DNA of 47,700 bases from an uncultured Rhodospirillaceae bacterium (GTDB taxonomy: Bacteria; Pseudomonadota; Alphaproteobacteria; Rhodospirillales; Defluviicoccaceae), in the NCBI GenBank assembly GCA_964495295.1, contig CAZBWP010000002.1:1-47700 (forward strand), in the 5' to 3' direction. This document shows positions 36,246-47,700 of the stretch, piece by piece. The notes below the pieces were generated by a model, which was not told the origin of the DNA, did no database searches, and saw only the letters and a list, made by a program, of their open reading frames with translations. The position numbers were made by a program, and so were the translations under genes. Position 1 is the stretch's first letter. Each line of letters opens with the position of its first letter.

Positions 36246-38567
36246 ATGTTGGAGCTGATCGCTGCCGCTCAGGGGGCCGAGGCGGAATCGAAGACGCATC
36301 GGGGAGATGGTAACGATGCGCTTTTTGCAAGGCGCCTGGCGGCGTTCGCGCCGGCGCAGTTTTCGGAAGCCGAAGTCTACCGGGCGGACGCCGAGGTTGG
36401 GGTCTTCGGCCGTGAACGGGAGCGGACGATTGCATTTGAGGATCTTGTCGAGCCCCTGCTGAGCATCCATGCCGGACAGGACATCGAGGATATCGTCCTG
36501 GCCATCGTCGCGACCTATCTGTTTCGCACGTCCGGTGAAAGCCAGCTTTGCCTCCCGATCGCGGCCGGGAAAGACACGGCGGGGGCGATCGGGACGGAGA
36601 ACGCCTTCGTCCCCGTCCTCGTGCAGATTTCGCCAACCGCGCCGTTCGCGGCGGTCGTCGAGGCGGTTCGGGCGGAACGCGCGCGGGGCGCGGCACTTCG
36701 CCCCGTCGCGTTCTCCACCCTGGATCGCATCTCCGCGGCGGGTGGCGCCGGCGAGGCCTGGGCCCGGCCGTTGCCGCTCCTGATCAGCGCGACCAGCGGA
36801 CCGCCGGGCCGGTCCATCGACCGCGCCGCAACGCACCTCTGGTTCGATCGGGCGCGGCGAACGCTGGGCATACGCTTTCCGGGGTCGCTGTCGGCCGAGT
36901 TCGGCACCGCCGTCGCCGATCACCTGTGCGAACTGGCACGGGCCATCGCCGCCAGGCCCGCGGCGCCCGTCGCCGACCTCGACTACCTCTCGGCGGCGGA
37001 ACGGCACCGCATCCTCATCGCCTGGAACGACACCGGGGCCGATTTCCGCGACGCGGGCGGACTGATCGAGCAGTTCGAACACCAGGTGGCGGCCAATCCG
37101 GAGCATCCCGCGGTGCTCTACCAGGGCCGGTCGCTGACCTATGCGGCGTTCAACGGTCGGGTCAACCGGCTCGCCCACCATCTGCGGCGGTCGGGCGTCG
37201 GCGCCGACACGTTCGTCGCCATCTGTCTCGACCGGTCCGTGGACATGGTCGTCGCCATCTGGGCGATCCTGAAGGCCGGCGGCGCCTACGTGCCGCTCAA
37301 CGTCGAGGATCCGCCGCAGCGCCTCGCCGCGATCATCGGCAATGCCGGTGCGCGCATCATCCTGACCGAAGAGAAGTTCGTCGACAAGCTGCCGAAAACC
37401 GGGACGCGGCTCGTCCTCCTGTCACCGGAAGGCGCGGAGATCGCCCAAGAAAGCGCCAGCAATCCGGACCACGTGATCAAGAAGAATGATCTCGCCTACA
37501 TGATCTATACGTCCGGGTCGACGGGCGAGCCGAAGGGCGTTCTCATCGAGCACGAAGCGATCACCAATCGCATCGTCTGGATGCAGAACGAGTATCGGCT
37601 GACGCCCGAGGATCGCGTCCTGCAGAAGACGCCATACACGTTCGACGTTTCGGTCTGGGAGTTCCTGTGGCCGCTGTCGGTCGGCGCCGGGCTGGTGGTC
37701 GCCGAGCCGGGCGGTCATGTCGTGCCGAGCTATCTGTCCCGCCTGATCCAACAAGAACGCGTGACGTGTCTGCACTTCGTGCCGTCGGTGTTGCGCCTGT
37801 TCCTGGCGTGTCCGCCAGCGAAGGACTGTCCGCTTAGGATGGTCTTCTGCAGCGGCGAAGCGCTCAGCCACGAGCTGCAGGAGCAGTTCTTCACCCACTA
37901 CAACGCGGACCTGCATAATCTGTACGGCCCGACCGAGGCGGCAGTCGACGTCACCTTCTGGCAGTGCGACCGGCAGAAGCATCGCGGTCGCGTGCCGATC
38001 GGCAAGCCCATCGCCAACATCCGCATGCACATCCTGGATGAGGGCTTGCGGCCGGTACCGCCGGGGGTGGCTGGCGACCTCTATATCGGCGGCGTCGGTC
38101 TGGCGCGCGGTTACTGGAACAAGCCGGAGCTGACAGCTGAGCGGTTCATCGACGATCCGCTGGGGATCGGCATGGCCGGCAAGCTCTACCTCACCGGGGA
38201 CGTCGCCCGGTACCTGCCCGACGGCAACATCGAGTACCTGGGCCGCAACGATCATCAGGTGAAGGTCAACGGCATCCGCATCGAACTGGGCGAGATCGAG
38301 TCCGTGATCCGGCTGCATCCCGCCGTTCAGGACGCCGTGGTGATCACCGACAAGGCCGACGGCGGCAATGCCCAGTTGCTGGCGTTTCTGGTGCCGAAGG
38401 CGGAGGGCACCGGCGGCGCGGCGCTAGACCACTTGCGCGATTTCCTGGAGCAACGGCTGCCGCCGCACATGATCCCGCGGCGGCTGAACCACATCAGCCG
38501 CATTCCGCTCACGGTCAGTGGCAAGGTCGACCGCAAGGCGCTGGCGCAGTTGGCGGTGGCGGCATGA
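36246..38567 (+). CDS. adenylation enzyme (NRPS-type A domain, DltA-like role) with a truncated N-terminal condensation-like domain
   Basis: A-domain core motifs: LTYAAFNGRVNRLA, YMIYTSGSTGEPKG, FDVSVWE, NLYGPTE, GDLYIGGVGLARGY, YLTGD, GRNDHQVKVNGIRIELGEIE and SGKVDRKAL. The N-terminal ~265 aa resemble the C-terminal subdomain of a C domain and end in the C-A linker LSAAERHRILIAWNDT. No HHxxxDG motif is present. GGGGAG RBS before ATG 36246. Confidence 0.88.
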   Translation: MLELIAAAQGAEAESKTHRGDGNDALFARRLAAFAPAQFSEAEVYRADAEVGVFGRERERTIAFEDLVEPLLSIHAGQDIEDIVLAIVATYLFRTSGESQLCLPIAAGKDTAGAIGTENAFVPVLVQISPTAPFAAVVEAVRAERARGAALRPVAFSTLDRISAAGGAGEAWARPLPLLISATSGPPGRSIDRAATHLWFDRARRTLGIRFPGSLSAEFGTAVADHLCELARAIAARPAAPVADLDYLSAAERHRILIAWNDTGADFRDAGGLIEQFEHQVAANPEHPAVLYQGRSLTYAAFNGRVNRLAHHLRRSGVGADTFVAICLDRSVDMVVAIWAILKAGGAYVPLNVEDPPQRLAAIIGNAGARIILTEEKFVDKLPKTGTRLVLLSPEGAEIAQESASNPDHVIKKNDLAYMIYTSGSTGEPKGVLIEHEAITNRIVWMQNEYRLTPEDRVLQKTPYTFDVSVWEFLWPLSVGAGLVVAEPGGHVVPSYLSRLIQQERVTCLHFVPSVLRLFLACPPAKDCPLRMVFCSGEALSHELQEQFFTHYNADLHNLYGPTEAAVDVTFWQCDRQKHRGRVPIGKPIANIRMHILDEGLRPVPPGVAGDLYIGGVGLARGYWNKPELTAERFIDDPLGIGMAGKLYLTGDVARYLPDGNIEYLGRNDHQVKVNGIRIELGEIESVIRLHPAVQDAVVITDKADGGNAQLLAFLVPKAEGTGGAALDHLRDFLEQRLPPHMIPRRLNHISRIPLTVSGKVDRKALAQLAVAA

Positions 38568-38615
38568 CCGGCCGGCGCCCGCCGACCGGTCGCGGTCAGG
38601 AACGGTAACGAGAGC

Positions 38616-40220
38616 ATGCACCGGGCAGTCTGGGCCGAGAGCTTTGTCGCGCCATTCCCGTCGGCGGTCGCGGGACTCCGCCAGATCGCCGGATTCGATG
38701 CCTTCGAGGCGCTGGAGGCGATGGGCGACGCCGTCGTCTACTTCGACGCCGAGGACCGGCTGATCGGCTGCAACGACAAGTATCAGGAGCTTTATGGCGC
38801 GGCGCCCGAAGGCATCGTCCCAGGCGCGCGCTTCTCCGAACTGTTGCGGACGGCCGTGGCACAAGGCCAGATCGACGTGGAGAAGCGGTCGCCGGAGGAC
38901 TACGTGGCCTGGCGCCTCGCCCTGCGCCGTCTGCCGATGTCGAGATTCGACCTGCGCCTTCGCGATGGCCGCTACCTCCGGGTCAGCGAACGGCGGACCA
39001 GCAACGGCGGCCGCGTCGGGGTCCACACCGATGTGTCCGAGCTCAGGGATCGGGAGAACGCGCTGAAGGCGATCGGCGACGCTCTGGCAAGACAGAACGT
39101 TTTGTTCGACGCGGCGCTCAACAACATGCTGCAGGGCCTGTGCATGTTCGACGATCATCAACGGCTGATCGTCGTCAATCGGCGCTATCTCGACATGTAC
39201 GGGTTCTCGCCCCAGGTCGTGAAGCCGGGCATCACGCTCCGCGAGATCATGGAATACAGCGTCGCGCTCGGCAACTACACGCACGACGACGGCGTCCGGG
39301 CCCTCGCCGAGCGGCCGTCGCAGGCGGCGAAGCGCGAACACGTGGTCACGCTGCAGCGCCTGCGCGACGGCCGCGTCATCGCGGTCATGCATTCGCCGCT
39401 GCCGAACGGCGGCTCGGTGGCGACCTACGAGGACGTCACGCAGCGCGAGCGGAGCGAGGCGACGCTGCGCGACTATGCCGCGCGCCTGGAAGACAGCAAC
39501 CGGGAACTGCAGTCCTTTGCCTTCGTTGCCTCCCACGATCTGCAGGAACCGCTGCGCAAGATCGAGGCGTTCAGCGATCGGCTGAAGGCCAAGTACGGCG
39601 AGACGCTGGGCGATGACGGCGCGATGTATCTGGAGCGGATGCACAACGCCGCCGGCCGCATGCGGCGACTGATCACCGACTTGCTGCGTTATTCGCGGGT
39701 GACCACCCAGGCCCAGCCGTTCGAGCGCGTCGAACTGCAACGCGTCGTCGGCGACGTGATCTCGGACCTGCAGATCGCGATCGAAGAGTGCGGCGGGACG
39801 ATCGACGTGGCGCCGCTGCCGATCATCGAGGCGGACGCGACCCAGATCCGCCAGCTTTTCCAGAATATCCTGAGCAATTCTTTGAAGTTCAGAAAGCAGG
39901 ACGTGGCGCCGCGCATCTCCATTTCGGGCAGCATCTTTGTCAGGGACGCGGACGCCGAGGCGCCGGAGGACTATTGCCGGTTGGTCATTGCCGACAACGG
40001 GATCGGCTTTGACAACAAGTACGCCGAACGGATCTTCACGATCTTCCAACGGCTCCATGGCAAGACTGAATACGATGGAACGGGCATCGGATTGGCGACG
40101 GTGCGAAAAATCGTCGACCGCCACCGCGGGTCCATCACGGCGGAGGGAGCCCTGGGCGAAGGGGCGACCTTCACCATCATACTGCCGGCGCAGCAAGCAT
40201 CACAGGAGAAGAATCGATGA
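38616..40220 (+). CDS. cytoplasmic PAS-PAS sensor histidine kinase
   Basis: Two PAS-like modules (VVYFDAEDRLIGCNDKYQELYG and LCMFDDHQRLIVVNRRYLDMYG), H-box FAFVASHDLQEPLRKI, and HATPase motifs NSLKF, DNGIGF and GTGIGLATV. No TM segments. Confidence 0.9.
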   Translation: MHRAVWAESFVAPFPSAVAGLRQIAGFDAFEALEAMGDAVVYFDAEDRLIGCNDKYQELYGAAPEGIVPGARFSELLRTAVAQGQIDVEKRSPEDYVAWRLALRRLPMSRFDLRLRDGRYLRVSERRTSNGGRVGVHTDVSELRDRENALKAIGDALARQNVLFDAALNNMLQGLCMFDDHQRLIVVNRRYLDMYGFSPQVVKPGITLREIMEYSVALGNYTHDDGVRALAERPSQAAKREHVVTLQRLRDGRVIAVMHSPLPNGGSVATYEDVTQRERSEATLRDYAARLEDSNRELQSFAFVASHDLQEPLRKIEAFSDRLKAKYGETLGDDGAMYLERMHNAAGRMRRLITDLLRYSRVTTQAQPFERVELQRVVGDVISDLQIAIEECGGTIDVAPLPIIEADATQIRQLFQNILSNSLKFRKQDVAPRISISGSIFVRDADAEAPEDYCRLVIADNGIGFDNKYAERIFTIFQRLHGKTEYDGTGIGLATVRKIVDRHRGSITAEGALGEGATFTIILPAQQASQEKNR

Positions 40221-40684
40221 CGTTCCAAGGGAAGGCGATTACGATCCTTGTTGCTGATGATGATGCCGATGACAGATTGTTGATACGTGAGGCGTTTGAA
40301 GAAAACAAGATCGAGAACGATGTGAACTTTGTCGAAGATGGTGAGCAGCTTTTGGCGTATCTCCGGCGGGAGGGCGAGTATGGTAAGCTGGAGGGCCGGC
40401 CATACCCTGGTCTTGTGCTTCTGGACCTGAACATGCCGAAAAAGGACGGCCGGGAAGCGCTGGCCGAGATCAAGGCCGATCCGCAGCTTGTGCAAATCCC
40501 TGTCGTCGTGCTGTCCACGTCGAAAGCCGAAGACGATATAGAACATGCATACGGCCATGGCGTCAGTTCGTTCATTACGAAGCCGGTGACATTTGACCAA
40601 TTGGTTCAGTTGACTCGTATTCTGACGGCTTACTGGTTTGATGTCGTGGAACTGCCACCACAATGCGTGTCGCGCCTGCATTGA
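40217..40684 (+). CDS. single-domain response regulator (receiver only)
   Basis: ILVADDDADD, phospho-acceptor context LVLLDLNMPKKDG, VVVLSTS and FITKP. ATGA overlap with the kinase stop. Confidence 0.9.
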   Translation: MTFQGKAITILVADDDADDRLLIREAFEENKIENDVNFVEDGEQLLAYLRREGEYGKLEGRPYPGLVLLDLNMPKKDGREALAEIKADPQLVQIPVVVLSTSKAEDDIEHAYGHGVSSFITKPVTFDQLVQLTRILTAYWFDVVELPPQCVSRLH

Positions 40685-40697
40685 AGCGGAACAGCGG

Positions 40698-43268
<2,571 letters not shown>

Positions 43269-44702
43269 CCCAGCGGCGTCCGGATGTCGTTTTCGCGATA
43301 CTTTTCCCACATCCGCAACAGCACGTCGCTGCGCACGTTGATGATGCCGTTCTTCGGATCGTCGATCCAGATGCGCAGCTCCAGGTTCGCGGTGCTGTCG
43401 CCGAAGCCCATGAGCCGGCAGACGGGCGGCGGGTCGTGCAGCACCCGCGGCACCTCGAGGGCGGCTTCCACCGCCAGCTCCATCGCCTTGCGGACGTCTG
43501 AATCGAAGGACACGCCGAACGGCGTCAGCAAGCGCAGGCGGTTGTGCTGGAAGGTCCAGTTGATGACTCGCTTGGTGATCAAGTCCTCGTTCGGGATCAG
43601 CCACTCGGTGCCGTCGCGGGTGGTCAGCGACGCATAGCGCGCGTTCAGCGCGGTCACCCAGCCGAAGCGTTCCGAAGAAATCGTCGAGGGGTCGCCCAGC
43701 TCGATGACGTCGCCCGGCTTGATCGACCGGTCGAGAAGCAGGATCACGCCGCTGATCAGGTTGGCGATCGGCCGCTGCAGGCCGAAACCGATGCCAACGC
43801 CGAGTGCGCCGCTGAACACGGCAAACGCCGTGAGATCGATGCCGATGCCGCTCAGTCCGACCAGCACCGCTCCGCCGACCAACGCGAACTTCGTCATCTT
43901 GCTGCTGAGCACCTGGAGCGAGGGCGTAAGCCGGTCGGAGCGATTGATCCGCTGTTCGAGCAGCCGCGAGGCGGTGACCGCCAGCCAGACGAGCACGGCC
44001 AGTTGCAGGACGCCCTGCAGCGCGTCGAGGACGGAAACGTGGGAGGTGCCGATGCGCACGCCGATGCCGTCCAGAAAGACCAGCGTCGGCTGCAGCAGAT
44101 CGAGGATGTTGAGCGTCGCCAAGGCGAACGCCAACAGGGTGATGGCGTTCGCCCAGGCCTCGTTGCGAATCACGGCGGCACTGAGCCGGATGACGATCCA
44201 GACCGCGAGCAGGTTCACCACGGTCTTCAGCAGCAGCGATGGCCAACCGAACGTCGCCGCCAGCCCCATGGCTCCCAGCAGCACGACCAACGCGGCGACT
44301 GGCATGGCCAGTTGCAGGCCGAGCGTGCCCAGCGTGCGGGCCAGCCGCTCCGTCATCCGGCGGCGCGAGATGAAGGCGCGGAGCCGGCGACGCAGCGGCC
44401 GCGACACGGCGAAGGCGACGAGAAACCCGGCCGCAACGGCCGCGACCTGGATCACGGTGGACCATACCAGCACGCTGGTGAGCACCCAGTGCTCGGCCTG
44501 CATTTGCAGATTGGCGAGCGCGATGACGTCGATCAGGTAATCGTGTCCGAACATGAAGCACCTCGCTGCCGTGGCCTGGCGTACGGTCTGGCCACGTTCC
44601 CGTGTTGTCGAGCGTCTTCGTAGCATGGTAGTGCGTCATGCTCGAACCAGGCGGCGCGTGTCGGTGAAGGCGCGCGCATGACGCCTGCAGGAGGACGGAG
44701 AC

Positions 44703-45686
44703 GTGCCGACCCTTGGGGCATTCCGGCGCCCGATCACTGTCGCCCTGACGGTCCTCGCGCTGGTTGCGCCGATCGGGACCGCGGCGGCAGACAACACCCT
44801 CCTTCGCCTCGCGACGGCGGAGAAGGAGGGGGTCTACTATCCCGCCGGCGGCGCGATCTGCCGGTTCGTCAACGCCGATCGCTTCGAGCACGGCATCCGC
44901 TGCCTCACCCTGGCGACGCAGGGATCGATCGCCAACCTGCAGGGTCTCCGTCGAGGCGTCTACGACCTGGCGCTGGTCCAGTCGGACTCCCAGTTTCACG
45001 CCGTCCATGGCAGCGACGCCTTCCGGGACAGCGGTCCCAATCCCGCGCTCCGTTCGGTCTTGGCGCTGCACGTCGAAGCCTTCACCCTGGTGGCGCGGCG
45101 CGACTCGAACATCCAGGGCGTCGCCGATCTGAAGGGTAAGCGGGTCAACGTCGGACCACCCAGTTCGGGGAGCCGCGCGACTTTGACGGTCCTTCTGGCA
45201 GCGGTCGGCCTTGCCGAAGACGACCTGGCCCTCATCGCCGAACTGCCGGTGAGCGAGCAGGGCGGCGCCCTCTGTGACACCACGCTGGACGCGGTGATCT
45301 ACCTGGTCGGGCATCCCAACCGGGCCATCGAAGAGCTTGCCCGCGACTGCGATGTCGTGCTCGTGCCCATCAGTGATCCGGCGTTCGACGCGCTGCTGGA
45401 CGACCACCCGTACTATCGGCAGACCGTGATTCCGGGTGAAACCTACGTCGGCAATCCGCAGTCCGTGAGGACCATTGGGACCGTCGCGACCCTGGTCGCC
45501 TCGGTGCGGACGGATGCCCGGGCGGTCTACGAGACCGTCAGGGCCGTGTTCGACAATCTCGAGGCGTTCAAGCGCATGCATCCGGCACTGGCGAACCTGG
45601 ATCGCCAGAGCATGACGCGCGATGGCCTGACGGCGCCCCTGCACCTCGGCGCCATCCGCTACTACCGCCAGCATCTGCTGCGCTGA
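44703..45686 (+). CDS. TAXI-family TRAP transporter solute-binding protein
   Basis: Signal peptide, then LRLATAEKEGVYYPAGGAICRFVN...GSIANLQGLRRGVYDLALVQSD and C-terminal PLHLGAIRYYRQ, typical of TAXI receptors. GTG start. Confidence 0.85.
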   Translation: MPTLGAFRRPITVALTVLALVAPIGTAAADNTLLRLATAEKEGVYYPAGGAICRFVNADRFEHGIRCLTLATQGSIANLQGLRRGVYDLALVQSDSQFHAVHGSDAFRDSGPNPALRSVLALHVEAFTLVARRDSNIQGVADLKGKRVNVGPPSSGSRATLTVLLAAVGLAEDDLALIAELPVSEQGGALCDTTLDAVIYLVGHPNRAIEELARDCDVVLVPISDPAFDALLDDHPYYRQTVIPGETYVGNPQSVRTIGTVATLVASVRTDARAVYETVRAVFDNLEAFKRMHPALANLDRQSMTRDGLTAPLHLGAIRYYRQHLLR

Positions 45687-46271
45687 CCCGACCGCCACCG
45701 CCGACGGGGCAGGCGGCCGACCTCCCCGGCCCGGCCTGTTCAGCGGCTCTTGTGGACATCGCGACGGCGACGCCCTCGCACCGAGAGGCGTGGTGTGTCG
45801 CCTCTTGGGCGGGCTGGTGCGTCGCCTCACCTGCGGCAACGCCGCCGCCGCGCACCTATTCCGGCTTCGAGATGTTTCCGAGTGTCCCGGTGACCCGGCG
45901 GATCGACCGATCTGACGCCTGGGACCGAAACGTCAGATCCCATCCACGAGTGCCCCTTGACCACCTGAGCGCGCCGGTTATCTGCCGGCGTTGACACGAG
46001 CCCGTTCGATGGCGGCAGACGGCTTTCGAAATGCTGCGGCTGCCGGCAAATTCTTTTCAACACCAATGCGTGGAGTTGATGAATGTCCGCCGCGAATACT
46101 ATTAGTAATATTTGTCCTGGCGCATTGTTACACTGTGCGATCGAGGCCTTTAGCGCCTCGGAACTCATCAACTCTCTTGGTCTCGATGTGGCAGGCTGGA
46201 GAGCCATGGTTCTTGTTGTCGCCTTGTGTGCCGCGTTGACCAGCTCGTTTTCTTGAAGGGGATACATTCAC

Positions 46272-46730
46272 ATGTCTATCAAGGCCATTGCGGTGAGCGC
46301 GATCGTGCTTCTTTTGGCGGCCTGCGATCCGGTGCTGACCGCACGGACCGTGCGGCCGGACCACGGCGTCTCGTACAATCCGCAAAACTATGCCGGCATC
46401 AATTACGCCAAGATCGACCTGAACACCGGCGCGGCCGAAATCGTCGGGGGCAAGGAACAAGACGATATTCGGATCTGGTACAAGGATGCTGAGCGGGAAC
46501 TGGAGTATACGGCGACCAACGCCCGGTCGCTCGGCCTGGTCGCCCTGCGGACCCAGATCGAACGCGACCTGATCCGCACGCAGGGGTTCACCGTCGAGCG
46601 GGCGGGATCGGTGGCGCGGACGATCGTCCGGTCACTGGCGGCAGCCGGCGCGCTGCAGGCGCTGTCCCCCCTCGGTGGCGCGTTGATGGCACCGCCGCTG
46701 CACCTCCCGGCCCCCGCCGTAGCGCCGTAA
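46272..46730 (+). CDS. hypothetical lipoprotein
   Basis: 152-aa ORF with signal peptide and lipobox MSIKAIAVSAIVLLLAAC. GAAGGGGA lies upstream of the ATG. No family recognised. Confidence 0.6.
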   Translation: MSIKAIAVSAIVLLLAACDPVLTARTVRPDHGVSYNPQNYAGINYAKIDLNTGAAEIVGGKEQDDIRIWYKDAERELEYTATNARSLGLVALRTQIERDLIRTQGFTVERAGSVARTIVRSLAAAGALQALSPLGGALMAPPLHLPAPAVAP

Positions 46731-46806
46731 ACCGTCGCCCCGGCGGATCGCGACGCCGCGGTGCCGAAGCCACGGCGACGCCACGCCCGTGGCTCCGGCG
46801 TCGCGG

Positions 46807-47139
46807 CTACGCGGCTTCCGGATAGACGATGACGGCGTTGCGGCCGCCGATGGCGCGCGCCGCGGAGCGCTCGAAGCCGCGCAGGCGTTGGGCCACCACC
46901 CCTCCATCGACGATGCCTCCCGAGGCGGCGATATCAGCGCGGACGAGGTTCACGATCGCCTGGTCGCCGCCGGCGCTCTCGCCAAAGCGGGCCACGTCGG
47001 CCGCGTAACGATCGGCCTCCGCGTCGGCCATGTTCAACTCGCCGGCAGCCCACAGGCCGACGAGGTAGTTGCGGAGGAAGCGGACGGCGTCGGTGGCCAC
47101 GCGGTGACCGTCGAGCGGGGTCGAGGCGTTGGGCCTCAT
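46807..47139 (-). CDS. DUF1476 family protein (ATP synthase inhibitor zeta-subunit-like)
   Basis: 110 aa. FLRNYLVGLWAAGELNM..AEADRYAADVARF...IVNLVRADIAASGG parallels the RNRLLGEWAA...ARAYA...DFDEPGDEDV pattern of the Paracoccus zeta subunit as I recall it. Confidence 0.5.
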   Translation of the reverse strand: MRPNASTPLDGHRVATDAVRFLRNYLVGLWAAGELNMADAEADRYAADVARFGESAGGDQAIVNLVRADIAASGGIVDGGVVAQRLRGFERSAARAIGGRNAVIVYPEAA

Positions 47140-47432
47140 GGTGTTGTCCCTGCCATCTCAGTCTCCTCGTTCGCCTTGGCCGTGGACGGGACGTCGGGCT
47201 TGGGCGCCATGCCTTGGCGGCGATCCGCAAACCGACCGGACCGCCGACGACACGGACCCTGACGGCAGACTGTCGATCGGTCCAATCGATTTACAGGATC
47301 AGTCCGATAGGATAAACCTATCACGTCCCTCCCGCCGACCGGAACCGCTCCGCCGGCCGCCGGTCGCCCGGTCCACGACCTCGGGGTCGTCGTCCAGGTG
47401 TCTTCGTGCACGTTGTTTGCTGGGGTGAAGCC

Positions 47433-47700
47433 ATGCCGACTCTCCGCCAGTTCCGCTACCTCGTCGCCGTGGCCGATCAGCTGAATTTTCATCGGGCGGC
47501 CGAGGTGTGCCATGTCAGTCAACCGACGCTCAGCGATCAGATCCGGGAACTCGAGGAGCGCCTGAGGGTCCAGCTCGTCGAGCGGAACCGGCGGCGCGTC
47601 GTGCTGACGCCGATCGGCCGCGAGGTGGTGGAAAAGGCCCGGCGCGTCCTCAGGGACGTGCAGGACATCATCGATCTGACGGAGCGCGGGCGTCACATCC
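47433..47700 (+). CDS. LysR-family transcriptional regulator, OxyR-like (5' partial, continues beyond window)
   Basis: Not in the ORF track because it has no stop in the window. ATG 47433 opens MPTLRQFRYLVAVADQLNFHRAAEVCHVSQPTLSDQIRELEERLRVQLVERNRRRVVLTPIGREVVEKARRVL, a LysR HTH very similar to OxyR N-termini. Confidence 0.8.
   Translation, partial: MPTLRQFRYLVAVADQLNFHRAAEVCHVSQPTLSDQIRELEERLRVQLVERNRRRVVLTPIGREVVEKARRVLRDVQDIIDLTERGRHI

Noticed and set aside
47136-47696. 186-aa minus-strand ORF at the right edge
   Set aside because: It lies antisense to a textbook LysR/OxyR-type helix-turn-helix N-terminus on the plus strand, which is absent from the track only because it has no stop within the window.

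Overview
High-GC bacterial chromosomal window. The gene content (mreBCD-mrdA-rodA, leuA, XrtA/PEP-CTERM genes, TRAP transporters) looks alphaproteobacterial, but that is an inference. All calls come from reading the sequence and ORF track and from recalled family motifs; no searches were run. Left to right: thiolase; a decayed glycosidase remnant next to a 26-bp tandem repeat; an MFS transporter; tRNA-Ser(GCU); class II photolyase; a compact exosortase-A module (ATPase, deacetylase, XrtA-EpsI fusion, Asn-synthase-like amidotransferase, plus a divergent WalW-like deacetylase); leuA with a long leader; mreB-mreC-mreD-mrdA-rodA; a tRNA-Lys(CUU) gene split by a 217-nt group I intron; a beta-alanine/omega-amino-acid catabolic trio (aminotransferase, alanine dehydrogenase, mmsA); a fused 5-oxoprolinase with a DctPQM TRAP transporter; a four-gene Dlt-like module (DltD-like protein, MBOAT, carrier protein, adenylation enzyme with a vestigial condensation domain); a histidine kinase / receiver / hybrid kinase trio; an MscS channel; an orphan TAXI binding protein; a lipoprotein; a DUF1476 (zeta-like) protein; and the 5' end of an OxyR-like LysR regulator. 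The two strongest leads are the intron-containing tRNA-Lys(CUU) at 20423-20715 and the reversed-order Dlt-like aminoacylation module at 32896-38567. I saw no CRISPR array, transposase, integrase or rRNA. Many very long ORFs in the track are antisense shadow ORFs typical of high-GC DNA and were rejected.
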